DNA from: an uncultured Clostridia bacterium
GTDB taxonomy: Bacteria > Bacillota > Clostridia > Oscillospirales > Acutalibacteraceae
Direction of reading: 5' to 3'
Length of the DNA stretch: 64,000 nucleotides
Assembly: GCA_944380875.1 (NCBI GenBank)
Contig: CALWJA010000055.1
Location: 22,991-86,990 of the forward strand
Of this stretch, positions 1-8,853 are shown one piece after another. Position 1 is the first letter of the stretch; each line of letters starts with the position of its first letter. The translations under genes and the position numbers were made by a program. Under the pieces are notes generated by a model. The model was not told the DNA's origin and ran no database searches. It worked only from the letters and a program-made list of their open reading frames with translations.

Positions 1-89
1 TTTTCTTCTCTTGGCGGTATACTTTAAGAAAGGTTTTTTAGCCCGGCAGAGGTTTAAAGCCTAAAATATGGAAAACAGGAGGACATTTT

Positions 90-953
90 ATGAAACGCAC
101 AGATATCCATATGCGGGATCCTTTTGTGCTTCTGCATGAAGGAACCTATTATCTATATGGTTCTACAGACGATAATACCTGGGAGGGCCCGGGAACGGGT
201 TTCGATTTTTATAAAAGCCAGGATCTGGAGAACTTTGAGGGGCCTTTTCCCGCGTTCCGCCCGGAGGAGGATTTCTGGGGAAAGGAAAATTTCTGGGCTC
301 CGGAAGTTTGGCCCTATAAGGGTAAATTTTATATGTTGGCGTCTTTCATCGCAGAAGGATACCATCGGGGGGTGCAGGTGCTCTGTGCCGATGCACCGGA
401 GGGCCCTTTTAAACCTGTGAAAAATGGAGCTGTTACCCCAAAAGACTGGGAATGCCTGGACGGAACCCTATATTTTGATGAAGAAAGCCACCCTTGGATG
501 GTTTTCTCCCATGAATGGCGCCAGATCGGCGACGGAGCTTTCTGCTGTATCCAGCTTTCAGAAGATCTCAAAGAAGCCGTTACCGAGCCGGAAGTTCTTT
601 TCCACGCTTCCAATGCCCCTTGGACCATTTCAAACCATGAGTTTGGCCAGGAAGGAAATGTAACCGACGGTCCTTTTTTGGTAAAGAACAGCCTGGGGGA
701 AACGGTTCTTATGTGGTCCGGTTTCAGCAAGAATGGGTATACCATCGGTCAGGCGGTTTCAAAAAATGGGCTGAAAGGCCCCTGGATGCATCCGGCCGAG
801 CCAATTTATGATAAAGACGGCGGGCATGGCATGCTTTTCCGTAAAAAGGATGGAAGTTTGTGGTTAGCTATCCATACTCCCAATGAGACAGGAAAGGAAC
901 GTCCTATTTTCTTAGAAATTGAGGAAAAGGATGGGCTGTTCCGCCAAAAATAA
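90..953 (+). CDS. Glycoside hydrolase family 43 protein (beta-xylosidase / alpha-L-arabinofuranosidase-like)
   Basis: 287-aa ORF with N-terminal 'DPFVLLHEGTYYLYGST' five-bladed beta-propeller GH43 signature; AGGAGG RBS 8 nt upstream of the ATG; no signal peptide. Confidence 0.8.
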   Translation: MKRTDIHMRDPFVLLHEGTYYLYGSTDDNTWEGPGTGFDFYKSQDLENFEGPFPAFRPEEDFWGKENFWAPEVWPYKGKFYMLASFIAEGYHRGVQVLCADAPEGPFKPVKNGAVTPKDWECLDGTLYFDEESHPWMVFSHEWRQIGDGAFCCIQLSEDLKEAVTEPEVLFHASNAPWTISNHEFGQEGNVTDGPFLVKNSLGETVLMWSGFSKNGYTIGQAVSKNGLKGPWMHPAEPIYDKDGGHGMLFRKKDGSLWLAIHTPNETGKERPIFLEIEEKDGLFRQK

Positions 954-1002
954 TCTTTAGCTCTGTGGAGTATCTTTTGCACAATACGAATTTTAGATAT
1001 AT

Positions 1003-1045
1003 AAAAACCCGGATGCAGCAAATGGGTCTGCATCCGGGTTTTTAC
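1003..1045 (+). terminator. Rho-independent terminator after the GH43 gene
   Basis: GC-rich hairpin 'aaaaacccggatgcagca...ctgcatccgggttttt' followed by a T-run. Confidence 0.6.
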
Positions 1046-1188
1046 AGTATGGGCAGAGGGAATTTCCCTATTAAAAAAACAAGAAGAGCCCAAAATATTG
1101 CATTGTCAAATGCATAGAGGAAGTGTATAAATAAAATATGGAATTATGAAAGTCGGAATAGGAACCGGCATATGTTAGGAGGATTTGT

Positions 1189-2721
1189 ATGTTAAGGATT
1201 GTTTCTACAGAAAATGGAAAGGTTCGCGGCTTGCCTGCGGCGGATCCGAGAATTACGGCTTTTAAGGGGATACCTTTTGCGGCTCCACCAGTAGGGGAAA
1301 ATCGCTGGAAAGCACCGCGCCCCTGCGAGGATTGGGAGGGGGTTCGGGATTGCCTTGCGTTCGCTCCTGTATCCATTCAAACGGCGCCGGGAACAGGCCC
1401 GGAAAATATATATACCCGGGAATGGAATATGATAAAGGATATTCCCATGGATGAGGACTGTTTGTATTTGAATGTCTGGACTCCGGCCAAATCACCTGAA
1501 GAGAAACTTCCTGTTATGTTTTGGATATTTGGAGGTGGTTTTCAGGGCGGACATACCGCTGAAATGGAATTTGACGGTGAAAGAATAGCCCGGCGGGGCG
1601 TTATTTTGGTTTCGGTAAATTACAGATTAAATGTATTTGGATTTTTGGCACATCCGGAGCTAATAGAAGAAGACCCGGATGGCTGCTGGGGAAATTATGG
1701 AATGCTGGATCAGCTGGCCGCATTAAAGTGGGTTAAACGCAATATTCGGGCTTTTGGCGGAGATCCGGATAATATTACAATTTCCGGTCAATCCGCGGGC
1801 GCAGGTTCGGTCATTAATTTGGTGACGTCCCCCTTGGCAAAAGGGCTTTTCCATAAAGCAATTATGCAAAGCGGAGGCGGCCTGAGAGCCTATGGGCAGG
1901 AAACAAGGATGGTGTCCTTGGAAGAGGCCAAACAAAATGGCATCAAGCTCTTTGAAAAATTGGGAGTTCATTCTTTAGAAGAAGCCAGGAAAATAGATCC
2001 CCTAACTATATTTACCGAATCGGAAAAAGTAGGCGGCTTTGGAACTTGGGCACCTACGGTAGACGGGAGATTCCTTTTAAAAGACCCCTCGGATTCGTTC
2101 CTTGCCAATGAATATCCCGATGTTCCGTTCCTGTATGGATATACCGGAGATGAATACGACAATATGGCGGGAAAGCGTATGGAAAGCCTGGAAGAACTTC
2201 AGAAGTTTGCTAAAGAAAAATTTGGCGATCAGGCGGAAAAATTTTTAGAGCTTTGCAATGTCCACTCGGATGAAGAAGTCAAGGAATTGTTTGTAAAAGA
2301 CGATGCTTTTAAAGGTCGCTGCCTGAATAATTTGACTTTTGCCGTAACGCAGGTTAAGAATGGCAGAAAGGGAAATTATGTCTATCGGTTTGATCCTTTT
2401 ATTCCGGGTTGGGATGATCCGGGAGCGTTCCATTCTTCTGAGCTTTGGTTTATGTTTGAGACGTTGGCAAAGTGCTGGCGGCCTTTTACGGGAAAGCATT
2501 ATGATTTGGCGAGAATCATGTGCAACTATTGGACTAACTTTGTAAAAACAGGGGATCCAAACGGCAACGATGCAGACGGTTCCCCCATGCCCCAATGGAA
2601 GGAATTTACAAAGGAAGACCCAAGTATTTTATATTTATCAGATGAGCAAATATATCTTAGCACGGAGTATCGAACCCCTCTCATGCAGTTCCGGCTTCAA
2701 TACATTTTTGATCATATATAA
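1189..2721 (+). CDS. Carboxylesterase/lipase family protein (type B, para-nitrobenzyl esterase-like)
   Basis: 510 aa. Oxyanion 'FGGGFQGG' motif and nucleophile elbow 'GQSAGAGS' (GxSxG) typical of type-B carboxylesterases. GGAGG RBS present. Confidence 0.85.
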   Translation: MLRIVSTENGKVRGLPAADPRITAFKGIPFAAPPVGENRWKAPRPCEDWEGVRDCLAFAPVSIQTAPGTGPENIYTREWNMIKDIPMDEDCLYLNVWTPAKSPEEKLPVMFWIFGGGFQGGHTAEMEFDGERIARRGVILVSVNYRLNVFGFLAHPELIEEDPDGCWGNYGMLDQLAALKWVKRNIRAFGGDPDNITISGQSAGAGSVINLVTSPLAKGLFHKAIMQSGGGLRAYGQETRMVSLEEAKQNGIKLFEKLGVHSLEEARKIDPLTIFTESEKVGGFGTWAPTVDGRFLLKDPSDSFLANEYPDVPFLYGYTGDEYDNMAGKRMESLEELQKFAKEKFGDQAEKFLELCNVHSDEEVKELFVKDDAFKGRCLNNLTFAVTQVKNGRKGNYVYRFDPFIPGWDDPGAFHSSELWFMFETLAKCWRPFTGKHYDLARIMCNYWTNFVKTGDPNGNDADGSPMPQWKEFTKEDPSILYLSDEQIYLSTEYRTPLMQFRLQYIFDHI

Positions 2722-2740
2722 CGTTTGCGGAGCAAGATAT

Positions 2741-2780
2741 AAAGAGCCCCTCCTGTTTTTAAAACAGGAGGGGCTCTTTA
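2741..2780. terminator. Bidirectional rho-independent terminator between convergent esterase and GH51 genes
   Basis: Perfect palindrome 'aaagagcccctcctgttttt aaaacaggaggggctcttta' with flanking A/T runs. Confidence 0.6.
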
Positions 2781-2812
2781 TATCGAATATCTACAGCAAG
2801 AAAAGGAAAGGC

Positions 2813-4414
2813 TTATTTCTTAAAGCGGAAAACGTTCCAGGAAAGCTTTTTCACTTCAGCGGAAAGTTTGCCGTCTTTAAAGCTGGCGTCAGAATTTACA
2901 GAAGGCTGAATGGTTCCGGCAGTTTCAAAAGTGCTGTGGAAGGTCATATCATCGGTAAACATTTGGATATGTTCCACAAAGGAATACCCTTCAAAGCCGG
3001 AAACATCCAGATCCAGAACACAGTCATTTTCCCAATCCCGGTTGATAACAAAGATGTTCAGCTCGCCGTTTTCCTCGTTATAAGCGGTGGCCGCGTCAAT
3101 GTATTTAACACCCGTGTGGGTATAATACTGGCTGTTGTCATCAATGGCATATCCGGGAATATCGAAGCAGTCGCATTCCACAGCTGTTTCCATGGATTCG
3201 CCCTGACCATACCGCATCAGCTGAGCAAATGGATAATAGGCTGCTGTTCTCCATACGTGCTCCCTATCCGTTGCAACCAGGGTGCCCAGACCGCTTGTCA
3301 TGCAGCCGATTTTTACCCGGTCCGCATGGCGGAGGAAAGCGAGCAGAGTGGAAGCAGAAGTAAGGGCATTTACCATTTCGCTTCCTCTGGGATGGCGGGA
3401 GTCGCCCATATTATCCGGATCGTGAAGGACATATTCACGAGCAGGATCAAATTTGTAGTGAGAAGCATACAGATTATGAGGTCCGAATCCGGGATGGAGT
3501 TCGCTATTCGGACGGGGGTGCGTTCCGTATTCGTCGAAGGAAAGCATCATTTTCCGGGGAGAACGAAGCTTTGTCTGCACAAAATCGCAAAGGGCAATTT
3601 CTGTGTTGATGTAATCCTCAAAGTAAACAGAGCCGCCCAGGAGAGCAGCGTAGTCTCCTTCCGGTGCGGAATGATAGTGGTGGAGAGAAACATAGTCTAC
3701 GGATTCATAGCATTCCTGCAGAACCTCCAAATCCCATTGGGGATAGTGAGCCAGGAACGGCGAGGAAGATGCGCAGGCTACTGTCTCGATGGTGGGATCT
3801 ACCCATTTCATGGCCTTGGAAACTTCATTCGCTCTTACGCCATATCCGCGGGGATCTTTTTCCCAGGAAGCGATCTGCCAGGGGCCGTCCATTTCGTTGC
3901 CCAGATACCAGACCTTTACTCCATAAGGCTTTTCATGGCCGTATTTACGGCGAAGGTCGGACCAATAGGTTCCGCTTGCATGGTTTGTGTAATCCACGAT
4001 GCTGATGGCGTCTTTGATATCGCCTGTGCCCAGATTGATGGTGTACATAGGCTCAAAGCCTACCAATTCGGCCCATTGCAGATATTCATCATGCCCAACA
4101 TCATTGGGGATATATTGGAACCAAGCCAGATCCAGATGGGTTTTACGATTTTCTTTTGGCCCAATGGAATCCTTCCAATCCCAGCCGGATACAAAGTTTC
4201 CTCCCGGCAGACGTACGGCGGGCAGATCGGTAGCTTTCAGCGCGTCGATAAAGTCCTGACGGAAGCCGTGGCTTTCAGCGGTGGGATGCTTCGGGTTATA
4301 CATACTGCCGTTAACCATTGTTCCGATAGGCTCCAGGAACGCACCGTAAAGTCTAGGAGAAATTTCGCCAATCTTAAACGAGGGATGCACCAAAATCTTT
4401 GCCTGTTTTTTCAA
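2813..4414 (-). CDS. abfA: Alpha-L-arabinofuranosidase, GH51
   Basis: 533 aa. N-terminus 'ISPRLYGAFLEPIGTMVNG...LPAVRLPGGNFVSGWDWKDSIGP' is the hallmark of GH51 AbfA. The 'GNEMDG' catalytic-acid region is present. Confidence 0.85.
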   Translation of the reverse strand: MKKQAKILVHPSFKIGEISPRLYGAFLEPIGTMVNGSMYNPKHPTAESHGFRQDFIDALKATDLPAVRLPGGNFVSGWDWKDSIGPKENRKTHLDLAWFQYIPNDVGHDEYLQWAELVGFEPMYTINLGTGDIKDAISIVDYTNHASGTYWSDLRRKYGHEKPYGVKVWYLGNEMDGPWQIASWEKDPRGYGVRANEVSKAMKWVDPTIETVACASSSPFLAHYPQWDLEVLQECYESVDYVSLHHYHSAPEGDYAALLGGSVYFEDYINTEIALCDFVQTKLRSPRKMMLSFDEYGTHPRPNSELHPGFGPHNLYASHYKFDPAREYVLHDPDNMGDSRHPRGSEMVNALTSASTLLAFLRHADRVKIGCMTSGLGTLVATDREHVWRTAAYYPFAQLMRYGQGESMETAVECDCFDIPGYAIDDNSQYYTHTGVKYIDAATAYNEENGELNIFVINRDWENDCVLDLDVSGFEGYSFVEHIQMFTDDMTFHSTFETAGTIQPSVNSDASFKDGKLSAEVKKLSWNVFRFKK

Positions 4415-4564
4415 TTACAACTCCTCCATTCATAAAATAAAATTAAATCAGCACAAATTCTATTATATTTGTGCTAAAATTTAGTTTATTTTAAGCTATT
4501 TTAAGCATACATAAAATTTGGAGGAAAGTCAAGGGAATATTCTTGAAAAAAACAGAATTTCTGT

Positions 4565-4605
4565 TAGAAATACAAAAGCCGCAATGTTTTTCTACATTGC
4601 GGCGT
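4565..4605 (-). terminator. Rho-independent terminator downstream of AEC transporter gene
   Basis: Hairpin 'gccgcaatg-tttttctac-attgcggcg' with T-run on the minus strand. Confidence 0.5.
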
Positions 4606-4634
4606 ACTTAGTATAAATTTTGCACAATACAAAA

Positions 4635-5573
4635 CTATATATATGCAAATTGTTTGAGGAGAAAAATCCAGAAAAACATAGTAATGATAGAACAAATAGA
4701 GGTGAAAATTACGATTTGCCCGGCTAGTTCTCCATCTCCATTCATTTGTTTAGCCATAGTAAAAGAAGAAACAGCGGTAGGAGCGCCCAGCATGGTGAGC
4801 AGCGCTGCCAAAGCCATTCCTCTATAGCCCATAAGGATGCTTAAGGGCAAGAACAAAGCGGGGAACAAAACGAGCTTTACCAGGACAGCAATACTCAAAT
4901 GCTTGATATTTCCGGCCAGAGCTGAAAATTTAAAAGAAGCACCCAAAATAAGGAAAGCCATGGGCGTAGCCATACAGGAAAGATTATCAACAGTTTTTTC
5001 AATTCCTTCCGGAAGGCGGATGTTGCAGAGAAGAAGCAGCCCTCCCAAAACGGCTCCCAGAATCAAAGGATTAGTTGCGATTCCTTTTAAGATTTTTTTA
5101 GGATGAATCTGCCTGTCTGCGTACCATTCCAGAACGACTACAGAAAGCACATTATATAGAGGCACTACAAAGGCGATCAGCATGGAAGCTGTTCCAACAT
5201 TTTCATCTCCAAACAGCGAAGCTGTTACAGGAAGGCCATACAGGATAAAATTGCTTCGGAACATTCCCTGAATCATAACGCCTTTCCGCCGGAAATCTTT
5301 TTCAAAGCGGGGGACGATCAGCCATAACAGCAAAAACATCAGGAGCACAAGTCCCAGAGCCCAAAGAATCAGTTTTCCATCAAAAATTTCGGAAAGCTCC
5401 GTCTCATATATGTTATAAAAAATCAAAGTGGGCAGAAAAACCTTGAAAGCCACTTTGTTCATTTTATCAGCGGTGTGGTCATCCAAAATGCCAATATGAT
5501 GAAGCAGAAAACCTACAGCCATCATGGCAAAGAGGGGGAATACCACATTCAGGGATACAATTAAATTTTCCAT
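4635..5573 (-). CDS. AEC (auxin efflux carrier) family transporter
   Basis: 312-aa polytopic membrane protein (about 10 TM segments); organisation and conserved N-terminal hydrophobic block typical of the AEC / malate-permease family. Confidence 0.7.
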   Translation of the reverse strand: MENLIVSLNVVFPLFAMMAVGFLLHHIGILDDHTADKMNKVAFKVFLPTLIFYNIYETELSEIFDGKLILWALGLVLLMFLLLWLIVPRFEKDFRRKGVMIQGMFRSNFILYGLPVTASLFGDENVGTASMLIAFVVPLYNVLSVVVLEWYADRQIHPKKILKGIATNPLILGAVLGGLLLLCNIRLPEGIEKTVDNLSCMATPMAFLILGASFKFSALAGNIKHLSIAVLVKLVLFPALFLPLSILMGYRGMALAALLTMLGAPTAVSSFTMAKQMNGDGELAGQIVIFTSICSIITMFFWIFLLKQFAYI

Positions 5574-5609
5574 TGGCGTCTTCCTTTGCTGGATTCAATA
5601 TAGTGTGAA

Positions 5610-6311
5610 TCATTCGGAACGGATCCCTAAGAGGGATGGAAGTTCCAGAAGAGAATGAATTTCATAGGTAATCGGCAGCCCGGGATTTTCCGCGTGATGT
5701 CGGTTAAACCAGCAAGTGGAAAGACCGAAATCCAGCCCGCCTTTCATATCGGAAGTGAGAGAATCTCCCACAATCAGAGTTTCTTCTTTTTTGAAATTGG
5801 GTATATGGGAAGCCGCATATTCAAAAAAGCCGGCCAGAGGTTTCTGCACACCTATTTCTTCAGAAATAAAAAGCCCATCGAAAAATGGTTCCAGCCCGCA
5901 GCCTTTGATACGGCTTCGCTGGGTGCGGCTCACGCCGTTTGTAGCAATATAGAGGCGGAAGGAATCATGCAAAATCCGGCAGAGTTCAAAGCTTCCTTCT
6001 ATAGGGAACCAGTTGTTTCCCAGCTCGTCCAGATATTCTATATTAAAAGCCGCTCCATCTCCCTTTACTCCGATCTGCTGAAATAATTCGGAAAAACGGG
6101 TGCTCTTGATAATGGCTTTTGTGGTGGAACCCTTTTCATATTCCTTCCACAGGCGGCTGTTGATTCCATTATACAGTTTGCGGATTGCCGGAGAGTAGGG
6201 ATATCCATGGCGGGCAAAGACAGTTTCCAGCGCCCTGGATTCGCAGGCGTCAAAATCCATCAATGTTCCGTCCATGTCTAAAAGAATGGTGGTATATTTG
6301 CATCCGGACAT
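5610..6311 (-). CDS. HAD-superfamily hydrolase, YjjG-like noncanonical pyrimidine nucleotidase
   Basis: 233 aa. 'LLDMDGTLMDF' motif I (DxDGT) and a C-terminal 'GDS' motif IV region of HAD-IA. Confidence 0.7.
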   Translation of the reverse strand: MSGCKYTTILLDMDGTLMDFDACESRALETVFARHGYPYSPAIRKLYNGINSRLWKEYEKGSTTKAIIKSTRFSELFQQIGVKGDGAAFNIEYLDELGNNWFPIEGSFELCRILHDSFRLYIATNGVSRTQRSRIKGCGLEPFFDGLFISEEIGVQKPLAGFFEYAASHIPNFKKEETLIVGDSLTSDMKGGLDFGLSTCWFNRHHAENPGLPITYEIHSLLELPSLLGIRSE

Positions 6312-6353
6312 GGCATAAAAGCCTCCTTTTCAAAAAGCCGGTTTTTTTGAAGC

Positions 6354-7709
6354 TTACAGGTCTTTGTATTTTTTAACCGTGCGCAGTTTTTTCTTTTTCC
6401 GATTGTATATCAGGGCCAGTATCAGATATGCGGCCACCAGTATCACTACAATAGCCCCTATGGTGAGAAACCAGGGTGAGGTAACTACATCTTTGATTGT
6501 GGCAGCGCTTTTGAGAAGTTCGCTTCTTTCCACGCTTTCAGCTGCCACTAAATTGGTGGTTAACAGCTCTTGGCCAGCATAGCTGAAAGTAACGGTGCCG
6601 ATAACCTGCCCTTTTTTCACGGGAGCCTCCACGCTTTCCGGAATATTGGGGGTAGCCAATACACTGCTAGCGGATATATCCTCCGGCAGGATGGTGGAGC
6701 AGTCCTCTTCTGGGGTCAGGAGGAGCTTGTCTTTATTCCAGGCATACTGCAAAGGAATCTCCGTTACGGCGTCTTCCTTGGAAGCGATCTTCTGGATGCG
6801 GAGATTTTCAAAAGCCCATTCGTAAAGGTTTTTGCTGTCGATGCATTCTCCCCGTTTTTCCACTTTATTGCCGTTTTTATCCACACTGGGGGAACCCATA
6901 GCTACACAGAGATAACTGTAGCCCGTATTGGGATTGACCGCATTGGAAACGATACAGTAGCCGGCCTGATCTGTAAAGCCGGTTTTAATGCCGCGAGCAT
7001 AGGAATAATAATATTGAGGATCCAAATTTGGATCGATAAGCCTGTTAGAGGTGGTGAGCAGCCGTTCTGTCCCTTTCTCCGGGCCGTCAAGAGGGGAATA
7101 CGTATACCGTGTCTTACTGCAGATTTCCATAAAATTCGGTGTATTCATGGCATATTCCGCTATGACAGCCATATCGTGAGCCGTAGTATAGTGGTTTTCG
7201 TCATGGAGACCGTGCACATTAGTGAAATGCGTGTTTTTACATCCCAGCTCCTGGGCCTTTTGGTTCATCTTTTCCACAAAAGCTTCCGTGCTTCCATCAC
7301 AAATAAAGTCTGCCAGAACGATAGCCGCATCATTTCCCGATGCTACCATCAGGCAATTCAGAAGCTGGGTGATGGTCAGTTTATCGCCGGCTTTTAGCCC
7401 GGAGCTGGAACCGCCTGTGCCCTGCAGTTCCTGAATAGCTTCTTTGGAAACGGTAGTGGTAGTTCCGTCAGGATCGGATACATTTTCAATGGCCACAATA
7501 TACACCATGATTTTTGTCAGGGAAGCGGGATACCGTTTTTCCTCCGCATTTTTTTCGTATACAATGGTGTTTGTATCCAGATTGACAAGCTCTACAGCGG
7601 AACAATTCAGTTCAAAATCAATTGTATATGTAGCTGCGCTGGCGGGGAAGGAGAAGGTGGTAACGCAAAGAAGAATTGCCGCCAGGCAGGAAAAGAACTT
7701 TTTTTTCAT
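6354..7709 (-). CDS. D-alanyl-D-alanine carboxypeptidase (serine-type, peptidase S11 / PBP5 family)
   Basis: 451 aa. N-terminal signal peptide; active-site 'ASLTKIM' (SxxK) and 'SGN' motif; C-terminal membrane anchor. Confidence 0.8.
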   Translation of the reverse strand: MKKKFFSCLAAILLCVTTFSFPASAATYTIDFELNCSAVELVNLDTNTIVYEKNAEEKRYPASLTKIMVYIVAIENVSDPDGTTTTVSKEAIQELQGTGGSSSGLKAGDKLTITQLLNCLMVASGNDAAIVLADFICDGSTEAFVEKMNQKAQELGCKNTHFTNVHGLHDENHYTTAHDMAVIAEYAMNTPNFMEICSKTRYTYSPLDGPEKGTERLLTTSNRLIDPNLDPQYYYSYARGIKTGFTDQAGYCIVSNAVNPNTGYSYLCVAMGSPSVDKNGNKVEKRGECIDSKNLYEWAFENLRIQKIASKEDAVTEIPLQYAWNKDKLLLTPEEDCSTILPEDISASSVLATPNIPESVEAPVKKGQVIGTVTFSYAGQELLTTNLVAAESVERSELLKSAATIKDVVTSPWFLTIGAIVVILVAAYLILALIYNRKKKKLRTVKKYKDL

Positions 7710-7970
7710 GGAACTTTTTCCTCCAATGTGCTATGATAACACTGAAAATATATAAAGGTGTGTGGAATCCTTTCTATAAGTATAACAGGTCGCGGCCGAA
7801 AGATAAAGGGAACTTTGCAAACAGTTTGTAAAGTTCCCCGGAGAATATGTTACTATAGGCCGTATGACGGCCCACGAAATTGTTTTGGCTTTGGCCTTTG
7901 TTTCCTGGCCATAAAAGTAAGGAAAAGGTATTCCGTTTTATGTTCTGTGTTTTGTTAGGAGGTATTACAT

Positions 7971-8636
7971 TTGATTTATATAACCGGTGATATGCATGGA
8001 GACTCCGCCCGGCTGGACGCAGCCGGGCGTAAGCTGAAAAAAGACGACATTCTTCTTGTCTGCGGGGATTTCGGATTTCTGTGGAATGGAGGAGAAAAGG
8101 AAGAAAAATACTTAAAAAAATTAGAAAAGAAAAAATTTACCATTGCTTTTGTGGATGGAGTACATGAAAATTTTGAGCTTTTATTGCAATATCCCGAAGA
8201 AGAATGGAAGGGCGGGAAAATCCACCGATTGGGCAGAAATATTGTCCACCTGGAAAGAGGGGAGATTTTCACGCTGGAAGGGAAAACCTTTTTTGCCTTC
8301 GGAGGCGGAGAAAACGATGAAAAACCCATGTATCAGGAATCCGGGCACTGGTGGGAAGAAGAGATGCCATCTCTGGAGGAAATGGAACGGGGAGCTTCCC
8401 GTTTGAAGGAAAACGGCATGAAGGTGGACTACATCGTCACCCATACACCTGCTCCCGGTATGGGCCTGCAAAATAAAACCAGAGGAGAAGAGGCCGCTCA
8501 GCTTTACAGCTTTTTTACGGCCATTGCAAAACAGGTGGAATATGAAAAATGGTTTTTTGGCTGCATCCACATGGATAGGAAGATAACCGCCCGCCACTAT
8601 GCGCTTTTTGAAGAGATTCTGCCTTTGGATGCATAA
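7971..8636 (+). CDS. Metallophosphoesterase (calcineurin-like phosphoesterase)
   Basis: 221 aa. 'ITGDMHGD' and 'VCGDFG' metal-binding motifs. TTG start 8 nt after an AGGAGG RBS. Confidence 0.7.
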   Translation: MIYITGDMHGDSARLDAAGRKLKKDDILLVCGDFGFLWNGGEKEEKYLKKLEKKKFTIAFVDGVHENFELLLQYPEEEWKGGKIHRLGRNIVHLERGEIFTLEGKTFFAFGGGENDEKPMYQESGHWWEEEMPSLEEMERGASRLKENGMKVDYIVTHTPAPGMGLQNKTRGEEAAQLYSFFTAIAKQVEYEKWFFGCIHMDRKITARHYALFEEILPLDA

Positions 8637-8740
8637 AAGCAGGAAACGGCGAAAAAGTGTTCTATTCTCTAAAATAGAGAAGCTTCGTTTCGCGGAACAT
8701 AGCAGGTATAGAAAACAGATTTTGGATAGAATTGGCAAAA

Positions 8741-8778
8741 CCGCCCGGATCAAGGAAGGATCCGGGCGGTTCTTTCAT
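8741..8778. terminator. Bidirectional terminator between metallophosphoesterase and recG
   Basis: Hairpin 'ccgcccggatcaaggaaggatccgggcgg' followed by T-rich sequence. Confidence 0.5.
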
Positions 8779-8853
8779 AAAAACGGCGGAGTGCGTTTTG
8801 TGTTCTGCACGTGGTAGCTTGAGCTGTGTTTAGGACTTCTGCCCGCCGGTCTG

